Source of the DNA: a virus
Length of the DNA: 64,000 nt
Virus record (IMG/VR): IMGVR_UViG_3300037851_000359
Coordinates: 32,001 to 96,000 of that record
Reading direction: 5' to 3' (one strand)
Shown here in pieces: positions 29,005 through 38,769 of the stretch. A model generated the notes under the pieces. That model was not told the origin of the DNA, made no database searches, and worked only from the letters and a program-made list of their open reading frames with translations. How positions within the stretch are numbered: position 1 is the first letter of the stretch; every line of letters starts with the position of its first letter. The translations under genes were made by a program, and so were the position numbers.

Positions 29005-29012
29005 TATAAATA
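29005..29012 (+). promoter_or_regulatory. Late promoter TATAAATA
   Basis: Upstream of GAGGT RBS and patatin ATG. Confidence 0.55.
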
Positions 29013-29030
29013 ATAATAGAGGTAAATTGT

Positions 29031-29876
29031 ATGAAAAAAATTTTAGTTGTCAATGGTGGCGGATCAGCAGGGTTAATATCAATTCTTTTATTGAAAAAGA
29101 TTGAAACGGAATTAAATATTAAAATTTTTGATGAATTTGATATGTTTGCAGGAACATCAGTCGGCGCAATCATAACTTCATATTTAGCAAATGGTTATGG
29201 AGTTCCCTTTATATCTTTATCATTTTATGAATTTTTGCCGAAAATATTTGGAAACCCAGAACCATTTTGGAAAATTTGGAAAAGTAAATATGATTCAAAA
29301 ATTTTAGAAAGATGTTTAAAAGAATATTTAAATTTTCCTATGTCAGAAGTTAAAAAAGATTTGATGATTAATACTATAAACATTTCAAAACCAAAAAGAA
29401 TTCCTAAATTTTTCAAATCATGGAATAATGAATCAACATTATTATATCAAATAGTTACAGCAAGTTGTTCAGCCCCAACTTTTTTCAATCCTTATAAAAT
29501 TGATAATGATTATCATGTTGATGGCGGATTTGCGATTAATAATATAAGTTCTTGTGTTATTGCTGAACTAATAAGAAGAAATATTAATTTGAATGATATA
29601 AAAATTTTAAATTTATCATATACACTTCCTAATGGTTATGATAATCCTGAAAAAATGAAAGGTATTTGGCATTGGATTACTAAATTACCCGAATTATATA
29701 TGGGGGTTACGGATCCAATTGCTGATTATCAATGTAAATATTTATTAGGACAAAATTATGTATCAATTGATACTGAATATTTAAAACCATTAGATGATCT
29801 AAATATTTCTGAAATGGAAAAAGTAGCAGACAGAGAATGGAATAAACATAAGGAAACCATTATAAATTTTTTTTAA
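29031..29876 (+). CDS. Patatin-like phospholipase
   Basis: NGGG oxyanion loop, GTSVG nucleophile elbow, SAPTFF, DGG. Confidence 0.9.
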   Translation: MKKILVVNGGGSAGLISILLLKKIETELNIKIFDEFDMFAGTSVGAIITSYLANGYGVPFISLSFYEFLPKIFGNPEPFWKIWKSKYDSKILERCLKEYLNFPMSEVKKDLMINTINISKPKRIPKFFKSWNNESTLLYQIVTASCSAPTFFNPYKIDNDYHVDGGFAINNISSCVIAELIRRNINLNDIKILNLSYTLPNGYDNPEKMKGIWHWITKLPELYMGVTDPIADYQCKYLLGQNYVSIDTEYLKPLDDLNISEMEKVADREWNKHKETIINFF

Positions 29877-30001
29877 CTAATGTTACTACGCCTATCAATA
29901 TAAAAAAATTATGCAGTAATCAGAATCATTCACATATAAATGATTGTTTTTCTCAATGGAACAGTATAGAATTTTCCAGAAATGATAATTCTATAATCAA
30001 T

Positions 30002-30562
30002 ATGTCCTATGATGAAATGTTAAGTAGAACAAATTTTTGCAAAATCGCTACTTTAAAAGTAATATTAATACAATTGAGAAGAGGAAATTATAAGTATTGG
30101 ACTCATTTCAAACAAATAATAGAAGAATATATTAATGATTTTATTAATTATTTAGATCAACGGTGGCTATTATCTATAATTGATAGTTATATAGATTGCG
30201 GAACCGAAATAGAATCATCTAATGCATTATTAATTAATAGTTTTTACAATCATGCTAAATTAAGAAGATCTGAACATGATTTATACAGTTTCAACCATAT
30301 ATTAAATACCAATAAAAAATCTATGACCCAATATGTTTTCAGTAATCATAAAATGACCGAAATATTATGGGATGGCGGCGATGATACATTAGATAATTTT
30401 TTTAAACGAATTGAATATAAATTAAAAAAAACCCCTATATTATTAAAATTATTCACGACATTTATGGAAATAAATTATAGTCAAGAAAGCATTTGGTATA
30501 ATCTTTCGAAACAATCTGAAAATTTTAAACGTGGTTACATACGATTTTTTGAGAAACATTAG
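30002..30562 (+). CDS. Hypothetical protein, possibly a frameshift extension of patatin
   Basis: Frame is open back to 29852; no clear RBS. Confidence 0.55.
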   Translation: MSYDEMLSRTNFCKIATLKVILIQLRRGNYKYWTHFKQIIEEYINDFINYLDQRWLLSIIDSYIDCGTEIESSNALLINSFYNHAKLRRSEHDLYSFNHILNTNKKSMTQYVFSNHKMTEILWDGGDDTLDNFFKRIEYKLKKTPILLKLFTTFMEINYSQESIWYNLSKQSENFKRGYIRFFEKH

Positions 30563-30574
30563 TATAATAATTTT

Positions 30575-31351
30575 ATGAATAATATAAATCAAATAAGCTA
30601 TATAATTGGTCACAGAGATACATCATATTCAAAAGTACGAACAAAAAATTTATATTACGTTTTAGAATGGTTACATAATAATTTTCCAGAATTAGAAATT
30701 ATTCTAGTAGAACAATCAGAACATAAAACGTTAGAATTGCCAGAATATGTTAAATATATCCATGTTGTTAATACTGGATTTTTTAACCGAAGCTGGACTT
30801 TTAATATAGCATTTAAAAATACACAAAAAGAATTTTTAATGTGTGCCGATAATGATGTGGTAATGAATATCAATGATTTACTTACTGTGTTTGGCGATAT
30901 TACTAATTATGATGCTATTAGCCCAAACAATAAATTAATGGATCTGACACAAGATAACACTAATCATCTAATATCAAATAAATTAAATAATTTTAATTTT
31001 AATGACATTATTCGTGGGGGAATAAATTTCTCAAGTACATTAGTAGCCTTTTCCAGATATGGATATGAAAAAATATTTGGATGGGATGAAGATTTTAGAG
31101 GATGGGGTGGAGAAGATGATATACAAACCTTAAAAATCAAAAAAATGTTAAATTTTAAAGAATATGATTTTATGGCATATCATATGTGGCATGAAAGAAA
31201 TCAATCATTGGGTGAAATGGCTTTCCATTCTAATTATAATAATAATGTTCAAATTATTAATAAATTATGGAATTATACACCGGAACAATTAATAGAATAT
31301 TATAAACCACGCTTTGAAACTTATGGCAATCCTTTAAAATATAAGGAATAA
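30575..31351 (+). CDS. GT2/GT7-type glycosyltransferase
   Basis: FNRS..N, ADND, GWDEDFRGWGGEDD, HMWH. Confidence 0.85.
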   Translation: MNNINQISYIIGHRDTSYSKVRTKNLYYVLEWLHNNFPELEIILVEQSEHKTLELPEYVKYIHVVNTGFFNRSWTFNIAFKNTQKEFLMCADNDVVMNINDLLTVFGDITNYDAISPNNKLMDLTQDNTNHLISNKLNNFNFNDIIRGGINFSSTLVAFSRYGYEKIFGWDEDFRGWGGEDDIQTLKIKKMLNFKEYDFMAYHMWHERNQSLGEMAFHSNYNNNVQIINKLWNYTPEQLIEYYKPRFETYGNPLKYKE

Positions 31352-31352
31352 C

Positions 31353-32189
31353 ATGAATATAAAATTTCATACTAATTGGTGTGATGATAATACCATTAGA
31401 GAACATTTTAATAGATGCACTCCAAATAATGATTATAAATGGAAAGATTTATATATTTCACCGAATAATTATGATTTTTTAATAATTCTAAATCATGCAT
31501 TAGATTATCCACACAATCCAGCGAATACAATTTGTTTCTTTTCAGAACCAATAAGTACTAGAAACCATTTTAAAAATATTGGTTGGAATCCATCATCGCC
31601 TCCATATTTCTTTGTATATGACACAAATACATATCACAATTTAGATAAATGGTATATAAATCTAAATTATTCACAATTATTGGGGACACCAGAAAAATCC
31701 CAAATTTTTTCTGGAATTATATCTGGATTGAGAGGGATGGAAGGGCATGAAGATAGAATAAATTTTGTATATAATTATTTAAATACAATCCCTTATTACC
31801 ATCATTATGGACGAGGAATAACAAATCTATCATCATATAAAGGGCAATTAAATAATAAAGAAGATGGTTTATTGACATATAAATATACATTTAATTGCGA
31901 AAATACTTATGAAGATGGATATTTTACAGAAAAATTATTAGATGCTATTATGTGTGAAACATTATGTTTCTATTCAGGGTGTCCAAATGTTGAAAAATAT
32001 ATAAATCCTGAATGTTTTATACGAATTAATTTAAAAGATCCTAAAAATTCATTAGATATTATAACAAACGCTATTAATAATAAAGAATGGGAAAAAAGAT
32101 TGCCTATTATAAAACAAGAAAAACAAAAATTAATGAATGATATGAATCCATTAAATATTATTTGGAAAATTATTCATAAACAATTATAA
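31353..32189 (+). CDS. GT10 (fucosyltransferase-like) glycosyltransferase
   Basis: YKYTFNCEN..GYFTEKLLDA..YSGCPN. Confidence 0.8.
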   Translation: MNIKFHTNWCDDNTIREHFNRCTPNNDYKWKDLYISPNNYDFLIILNHALDYPHNPANTICFFSEPISTRNHFKNIGWNPSSPPYFFVYDTNTYHNLDKWYINLNYSQLLGTPEKSQIFSGIISGLRGMEGHEDRINFVYNYLNTIPYYHHYGRGITNLSSYKGQLNNKEDGLLTYKYTFNCENTYEDGYFTEKLLDAIMCETLCFYSGCPNVEKYINPECFIRINLKDPKNSLDIITNAINNKEWEKRLPIIKQEKQKLMNDMNPLNIIWKIIHKQL

Positions 32190-32905
32190 GATTTCCATTT
32201 TTCAATATAAGGCAAAAATTCATTATTATTATTAAAAAAATACGGAATATATCCATATCGTTCTGAAATAGCACAAAAATATGCCTCAAAAATATACCTA
32301 TTATCAGGATTATTAAAATTCCCAGATAAAAAATATTCAGTACATTCATTTAAAAACTTATTTACAATATCAGACCGCATAATATAAAATGTATTCGGAA
32401 TAAAAAACCCATCCATACATGAATATGGAAAACTTGCCCATTTATTTAATTCATTTTGTATATTCTTATTAGAATGAATTATATAATCAGTAGCAATGAT
32501 TCCTATATATTCATTATTGTTAAAAATAGTTTCTACATCTTTTTGTTTATTCCAAAAATTCATTTCTAAATAATTACGAAAGTTTTTAGACATATCTAAA
32601 TTACTATAACTAGCTCCCTTAGTATGGGCAAACCATATATAATCATTTTCACCAAACTTATAATTTCTCAAACATTGCATAAATCCCGGTACGTCAGAAG
32701 TAATACTATCTTTATTAGTATCAATAAATACATTTTTATATTTTTGTCTAAGTATATCATGCCAGTTTACACAACAACCATAATTACATCCATGATAAAT
32801 ATTTTCATTATTAAAAAAAGTGTCAATTATGTCGAGATAATATTTACCCAATTCTATACTTGTACTTGGAATCCATGATGAAAAAAATAATAAATGATTA
32901 TACAT
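32174..32905 (-). CDS. Rhamnan-synthesis-F-like glycosyltransferase
   Basis: YIWFAHTKG motif; start moved to ATG 32905 overlapping the upstream stop. Confidence 0.55.
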   Translation of the reverse strand: MYNHLLFFSSWIPSTSIELGKYYLDIIDTFFNNENIYHGCNYGCCVNWHDILRQKYKNVFIDTNKDSITSDVPGFMQCLRNYKFGENDYIWFAHTKGASYSNLDMSKNFRNYLEMNFWNKQKDVETIFNNNEYIGIIATDYIIHSNKNIQNELNKWASFPYSCMDGFFIPNTFYIMRSDIVNKFLNECTEYFLSGNFNNPDNRYIFEAYFCAISERYGYIPYFFNNNNEFLPYIEKWKSYNCL

Positions 32906-33518
32906 AGCAAACGCCAATACCCCCCCACGATATTTCACCACCTTTATAAAATTTATCATATTGATCAATTGAAAATAAATTATTTTCATAATCTGAATAA
33001 AATAATTCAGTTTTATATTTTAATTGCAATTCTTTCCATAATGTTAATACAAATTTCCTATTTTCAAACATCAATTCATCAACAATATCATGAAAAACTA
33101 TAAGGCCACCAGATTTTACCAAAGGGGAAAATAATTCATAATCTTTTTTGGCACCTTCATAACTATGATCACCATCAATAAACAATACATCAATACTAGG
33201 CATTAAATTATATATTTCATTCTTTGTTTCTATTATTTGACTATTTCTTGACAAATATTTATAATTACAATATTGTTTAATTTGATTTATATCAAATCTT
33301 GCAGGATTAATACAATCTATAGTTATTAAATTCTTGCAAAATCGACATAAAGATATTGTTGTGCCCCCATCGTAACACCCAATTTCTAAAATATTATCAA
33401 CTTTTTCGGATTTTTTGTTTAAAATTTCCAAAAAACTAATCCATTCTTTTTTCTTTTGTTGAATTTTAAATATTTTACAATCATTCCATATCATATCCAG
33501 TTGTTCATTGTTATACAT
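32898..33518 (-). CDS. Class I SAM methyltransferase (Methyltransf_24-like)
   Basis: LEIGCYDGGT, FIDGDHSYE, GGLIVFHD. Confidence 0.85.
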   Translation of the reverse strand: MYNNEQLDMIWNDCKIFKIQQKKKEWISFLEILNKKSEKVDNILEIGCYDGGTTISLCRFCKNLITIDCINPARFDINQIKQYCNYKYLSRNSQIIETKNEIYNLMPSIDVLFIDGDHSYEGAKKDYELFSPLVKSGGLIVFHDIVDELMFENRKFVLTLWKELQLKYKTELFYSDYENNLFSIDQYDKFYKGGEISWGGIGVCYV

Positions 33519-33519
33519 A

Positions 33520-34254
33520 TTATACCCTTTTAATTAAATGGGAATGATCAAAATATTTATTACGATGTGCATAAATTATCTGATCTGGAAATTGCGTTTG
33601 GGAAACCCATCCACCAAATTTAGAAATACTCTGTCTTGGGGCATTATACCTAATAGATAAAATAGAAAATATACTTTGGTCATGCCTATGAATGCTAATA
33701 TGACCATCAATACATTCTTTAATTTTTCCATACTCAAAAGCATCATCTATTATAACTTGATATTTGCCTTTTGATTTATAGCATTGGAATCCCGCCCATA
33801 AATGTTTTCCATTTATTTCAGGTTCGCTCACATTCATAATTTCGCGGCATTTATTATGGGTAAATTGATTATTTTTATGTGTATCTCCAACTAATAATAT
33901 ATCATCCCTATTTACAATATCATATACTTCTTGAGCATGGTTAACAAAACATGCACCGGCATCCATATAAAAAACAGTATTTCCAAAATTTTCAGTCAAC
34001 ATCTTCAATATATAAATTTTCCAAAAAAATATTTTTGGAACAATAACATGAGGATATAATTCAATAAAAGATTGTGAAATTTCTTTTATTTCAACATTTT
34101 TATAACTCTTTAATTCATCAATTTGATTTTGATCCAATCCAAGATTAAATATATAAATTTTTTCTATAAATGGAGCAAAATGATAACAAGATGATAACAA
34201 TGTTTTACATGAATTGAAAAATGAATTATTACAACCTGTTGCTAATATATTCAT
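33520..34254 (-). CDS. DUF1647-like putative glycosyltransferase
   Basis: FNLGL, FWKIY, YMDAG, HRHDQSIFS. Confidence 0.6.
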   Translation of the reverse strand: MNILATGCNNSFFNSCKTLLSSCYHFAPFIEKIYIFNLGLDQNQIDELKSYKNVEIKEISQSFIELYPHVIVPKIFFWKIYILKMLTENFGNTVFYMDAGACFVNHAQEVYDIVNRDDILLVGDTHKNNQFTHNKCREIMNVSEPEINGKHLWAGFQCYKSKGKYQVIIDDAFEYGKIKECIDGHISIHRHDQSIFSILSIRYNAPRQSISKFGGWVSQTQFPDQIIYAHRNKYFDHSHLIKRV

Positions 34255-34799
34255 TTTTTCTTAAATACCGTCAAACAAAAAATGGTTTCTAAATAATCTA
34301 CTCTTGAATCAAAAATTAAAGAATCTGCTAATTTGGAAGGACCATCCCACCAATATGGGCCTTTTCGGTTGGCGGCAGAATCATGAATAAGAATTATACC
34401 GTTTGTATTAACAAAAGGAAACCAACTTTCAAAATCATTAACAACGTCTTCATAAATATGACTGCCATCAATAAATAAATAATCTATTGGAACAGTCCAG
34501 GTTTTTACTACATTATAACTATAATCTTGTATAAATGTATAATCATGATTTTTAGTTTTCTGTTTAATTTCATTAATATTTCCTATTAATGATGTATTCA
34601 TTGAATCTGGAATTATTGGATCAATGCCATATATTTTTGATCCTGGTATAGAATGATCACATATAATTTTTGATGTATCGCCTTTTAATACTCCAATTTC
34701 TACAAAAATCCCCTTAATTGTTGAAGCATATTTAGCATGGCACAATGCTTCATCTTCTGGATTTCCAATTGACATATGTTGTGGTAAAAATTGCGACAT
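34251..34799 (-). CDS. Class I SAM methyltransferase (Methyltransf_24-like)
   Basis: VEIGVLKG, FIDGSHIYE, GIILIHD. Confidence 0.85.
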   Translation of the reverse strand: MSQFLPQHMSIGNPEDEALCHAKYASTIKGIFVEIGVLKGDTSKIICDHSIPGSKIYGIDPIIPDSMNTSLIGNINEIKQKTKNHDYTFIQDYSYNVVKTWTVPIDYLFIDGSHIYEDVVNDFESWFPFVNTNGIILIHDSAANRKGPYWWDGPSKLADSLIFDSRVDYLETIFCLTVFKKK

Positions 34800-34802
34800 G
34801 TT

Positions 34803-35675
34803 TTATTCCTTATAATGATTTGAAATCATCCAATTTTTGACATAATTATATTCATCAGAATATTCTACTATGTTATTCTCAATTTTTTCAAAAATTTTTA
34901 AATATTGGTTCAATTTTTCATTTGAAAAATTATTAAAATCTTGAGGTTGTCTATAGGTTTCGAATAAAATTTCTTTAAATGATTTATTTTTAATGCCATT
35001 TTCATCTAAAAATATTTTTTGTGTTCTAGTTGTATCATGGGCGGTAGCGAACATTCCTATTTCATGAGACATTAATGGGTATTGATTCCAAATTCTTGGA
35101 AGATTATCATAAAAATTCATAAAAATATTACATATATGATTACTACATACATTAAAGGTATCGTGAACCATTAATGGATTATACCATATCATTAAATTAT
35201 TATGATAAAAATAATTTAAATCATTTAAAACATAATCAGGAATTGTTTTAAACATTATTGTATCTGGTCTGAAAATAATAATTCCATCATATTGTATATT
35301 ATTTTTTATTTCATACTCTTTTTTTAATTTAATAACTTCTCTAATTTTATAATTACGAGGCAAGGCTGAGGTTTTAATATAATACCACACTTGTTTATAT
35401 GAATCTACTAAAGAATCTTCCCATTGTTTATAATTTTCAACAATTAAGGTTTTTGGATTAAATTTATTCTGAATATCTGAAATATCAATATCTTCAATTT
35501 CATAATTTGTATTCAAATTGACCCGTTTAGAATATAATGATGCCCCTCTTTTATCCCAAATATGCATAAACACATCAGGATTTAAAGGGTTTAAAATATT
35601 ATTATAAACAGTTTCATAACATTTTTGATATTCTCTCACTTGTCCGTATATTAATAAGGCAATTTTTTTAGTCAC
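34803..35675 (-). CDS. Putative glycosyltransferase (KIAL..GQ.R family)
   Basis: IALLIYGQVR, DVFMHIW, YDGIIIFRPD. Confidence 0.6.
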   Translation of the reverse strand: MTKKIALLIYGQVREYQKCYETVYNNILNPLNPDVFMHIWDKRGASLYSKRVNLNTNYEIEDIDISDIQNKFNPKTLIVENYKQWEDSLVDSYKQVWYYIKTSALPRNYKIREVIKLKKEYEIKNNIQYDGIIIFRPDTIMFKTIPDYVLNDLNYFYHNNLMIWYNPLMVHDTFNVCSNHICNIFMNFYDNLPRIWNQYPLMSHEIGMFATAHDTTRTQKIFLDENGIKNKSFKEILFETYRQPQDFNNFSNEKLNQYLKIFEKIENNIVEYSDEYNYVKNWMISNHYKE

Positions 35676-36625
35676 GATAAAAATACCTTTTTAAATTTTT
35701 CCATTACCTTAGAGGCAGAAAAAGTTTCATATGAATTATTTGTATAATTTATAGGTTTTTGAAAATTCATAATTATATTATAAAAAGAATTATAATCATT
35801 ATAAGTAATAGCACAATCTTTAAGAATATGCAAATGAGATTGTTCTATACTATTACTATATGTGATAATAGGTTTATTTTTAATAGAAAATTCAGCAATT
35901 GCCAATCCAAAGGTTTCCCCTCTTGTTCTAGCATGGATCATAGCATCACAAGTATTAATAAAATTAACTTTCATATTAAGATCATGAGTTCCTGGCAAAT
36001 ATTTAATATTGTGATGATTATGAAAACTGTCAATATTCATAAAAATAAAATAAATATCATTTCTTACTGTTAAAATATTTTTTATTGATTGTTTCACAAA
36101 GTCAATATCAAATGAATCATTGCCCCCATAATATCCAAAAACTAATTTATCAATAGGTATTCCTAATACGGATCTTAAATTATCGTCATTATGAGGCAAT
36201 TCAACTATATGGGGAACAAACTCATAGTTATTGAGAGAATCACTTGGAACACTATAATTTCTTAACCATTCTGAAACATATACATAAGTATTTCCAAACG
36301 GTTGAAATGCCGGAAACACTACATGTATTCCAACCTTACAATTACTAGGAATAGGTTCGGGATACCCAGCACAAATTTTATATATACAATCTAATTGAAG
36401 TGTATGAACAATTGATTCTAATTCAGACATGGATTTATAACTATAAATATTATTAAATTCGTTTATAAATTTATTTCTTGCTGGGTTTTTATATTCTGGT
36501 TGATTTCCATTAATAATAATAAACGATTCATTATTTAATAAAATTTTATTATATTTAGCATAATCAAACAATGCTATTTCAGTGCCTCGTAATGATAAAT
36601 GCTCAGTTAAAAATCCTATTTTCAT
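35672..36625 (-). CDS. GT-B (GT4-like) glycosyltransferase
   Basis: RGTEIALFDYA, CDAMIHARTRGETFGLAIAE. Confidence 0.8.
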   Translation of the reverse strand: MKIGFLTEHLSLRGTEIALFDYAKYNKILLNNESFIIINGNQPEYKNPARNKFINEFNNIYSYKSMSELESIVHTLQLDCIYKICAGYPEPIPSNCKVGIHVVFPAFQPFGNTYVYVSEWLRNYSVPSDSLNNYEFVPHIVELPHNDDNLRSVLGIPIDKLVFGYYGGNDSFDIDFVKQSIKNILTVRNDIYFIFMNIDSFHNHHNIKYLPGTHDLNMKVNFINTCDAMIHARTRGETFGLAIAEFSIKNKPIITYSNSIEQSHLHILKDCAITYNDYNSFYNIIMNFQKPINYTNNSYETFSASKVMEKFKKVFLS

Positions 36626-37245
36626 TTAATTTTCCTAAAACAATCATCAGAATCAACTTTCTCTACAAATTCATATTTAAATTTTGATAAATATTCTCTT
36701 ATATCTAATTGATTATAATTATTTTCGATAATAAAATAATCAATATTAATTTTATCAAAATTAATTGATTTAATGATAGACATTTCGCCACCTTCTACAT
36801 CAATTGAACAAAAATCGAAATTGAAAATATTGTATTGTTCACATATAGTCATAAGAGTTTTTGATGGAATTTGAATTTTATTTAATGACCCACCATACAT
36901 AGATATTTCACGATTAATACGATCAATATGTTTAGGATCATAAAAATCATATATACCAGATAACATTTCTGAATATCCATCAATTTGAGCAAAGGTAACA
37001 TTTCCATTTATTTCAGATATACAGCAATTATCACAGATACACTTTCTATTCAATATCAATTTTGAATATATTTTAGGATTAGGTTCAATACAAATTCCAT
37101 TCCAATTCAATTCTTGTTCAAAAAATAATGTATTATTTATAGTAACCCCATCATTAGCCCCAATGTCTAAAAATACCCCATTAAGTTTATTTTTAAAAAT
37201 TTTTTCATTTAAATACTTATCTTGACCTACTTGAGAGTGATACAT
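36622..37245 (-). CDS. FkbM-family methyltransferase
   Basis: FLDIGANDG, GICIEPN, SIDVEGGE. Confidence 0.9.
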   Translation of the reverse strand: MYHSQVGQDKYLNEKIFKNKLNGVFLDIGANDGVTINNTLFFEQELNWNGICIEPNPKIYSKLILNRKCICDNCCISEINGNVTFAQIDGYSEMLSGIYDFYDPKHIDRINREISMYGGSLNKIQIPSKTLMTICEQYNIFNFDFCSIDVEGGEMSIIKSINFDKINIDYFIIENNYNQLDIREYLSKFKYEFVEKVDSDDCFRKIK

Positions 37246-37254
37246 AATTTTCCT

Positions 37255-38064
37255 TTATTGTTTTTCAATTGAACTATAAACGCATCCATTATATTTAGAT
37301 GAAAATTGCAATTTTACACGATTGCAATCTATAATATTATAATTCTCATATTTTATATTATAATTTCCTATTTTACTTCTATGAATTGCAAAATGATCAG
37401 CAGGATAATCAATCTTTGGTTGTAGTAAAATATATTGATAATTTAATAAATAGTTAATAATTTCTTGCGAAGAACTATTAAATTTATTTAAATATGGTTC
37501 TTCTAATTCTATACAAAAATTTGGAAAAAATTTATCAATAATATTAGACAAGGATACCAAAACTTTAAATTCATATCCTTGTATATCAAGTTTAATAAAA
37601 TCTATTTTTTCTAAATTTAAATCCATTAAACTTATAGTGTCAACTAGGTCTTCCCCATTTTCAACCGATAGCCCCCCTATATTAGTATAATTTTCAGTAA
37701 ATTGAATATTTGTCACCTTGACGCGGGTTTTAATATCAGATAATGCGTTATGATATGGAATCACATTATAACAACCATTCAATAAACAATTTGATAATAA
37801 TTGCCAATAAATGGTTCTAATGGGTTCAAACGAATATACTTTTCCTGCATTGCCAACTATTTTTGATAAATGTACGGTATGAAATCCTAAATTAGCACTA
37901 CAATCTATACAAGTATCGCCAAATTTAACAACAGAATTAACAAGATCTAAAAAATGATTCTCATAAATTGGATTGGTTTTTATTTCCAATCCAAGGGCAT
38001 CATACTTAGAAATTAAAAATTTATTTCCGTTTTTTTCAACAATTTCTAAAATATTATTATCCAT
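37255..38064 (-). CDS. FkbM-family methyltransferase
   Basis: DCSANLG, SFEP, IKLDIQGYE. Confidence 0.85.
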   Translation of the reverse strand: MDNNILEIVEKNGNKFLISKYDALGLEIKTNPIYENHFLDLVNSVVKFGDTCIDCSANLGFHTVHLSKIVGNAGKVYSFEPIRTIYWQLLSNCLLNGCYNVIPYHNALSDIKTRVKVTNIQFTENYTNIGGLSVENGEDLVDTISLMDLNLEKIDFIKLDIQGYEFKVLVSLSNIIDKFFPNFCIELEEPYLNKFNSSSQEIINYLLNYQYILLQPKIDYPADHFAIHRSKIGNYNIKYENYNIIDCNRVKLQFSSKYNGCVYSSIEKQ

Positions 38065-38073
38065 AATTATTCC

Positions 38074-38769
38074 TTATAATTTTGTAATATTAACCAAAAA
38101 TTCATTGGGGTCATGGAAACATATTTTTTTATGTTCTTTATTCAAATGATGGGTTAATACATGTTCATTTACCATTTTTATTTTATCTTCTAACCAATAT
38201 TTATTAATATTATTATATAATGACGAATAGTAATTCATATTTTCACTATTGCCCAACGCAAATTGATCATTACACAATGGCTTTATTTCCCCACTAACAT
38301 GAATATAATCTAAATCTAATTTTAAAAAATCTATTTTAAATTGATTAAACACAATATCAAAACGTAATCTTATAACAATATCATATATAAAAGCATATTC
38401 GGTTTCAAATTGTTTTTTTAATTCATTCGCTTGAAAAATAGAATACCACATACTATATAAAATATGCGGCGATTGTTGAGCAAAAAATGCCCCATTTAAA
38501 ATAGTTGTATCAAAAGATATATGAGGTTCAAATTTATATTTTTTAGGATTATACAATTCTAAAAGTTTAGCATCAGTATTCTCAACCCATGTTCCGGTCC
38601 TATTATTGGCATGCGGAGAAAAATCAAATCTTTGTCCAACGTATGATGAGTTCCACCAACAATGAAAAAATACATCTGGATTATATCTTTCTATTATCAA
38701 TTTTTTAATATTTGGATAACAAATATTAAAATATCTTGGTTGTCCTGATAAACATAATGCAATTTTCAT
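38074..38769 (-). CDS. Putative glycosyltransferase (KIAL..GQ.R family)
   Basis: MKIALCLSGQPR, YDIVIRLRFD, NDQFA. Confidence 0.6.
   Translation of the reverse strand: MKIALCLSGQPRYFNICYPNIKKLIIERYNPDVFFHCWWNSSYVGQRFDFSPHANNRTGTWVENTDAKLLELYNPKKYKFEPHISFDTTILNGAFFAQQSPHILYSMWYSIFQANELKKQFETEYAFIYDIVIRLRFDIVFNQFKIDFLKLDLDYIHVSGEIKPLCNDQFALGNSENMNYYSSLYNNINKYWLEDKIKMVNEHVLTHHLNKEHKKICFHDPNEFLVNITKL

Noticed and set aside
29031-30562. CBASS operon
   Set aside because: No CD-NTase-like gene recognisable next to the patatin.
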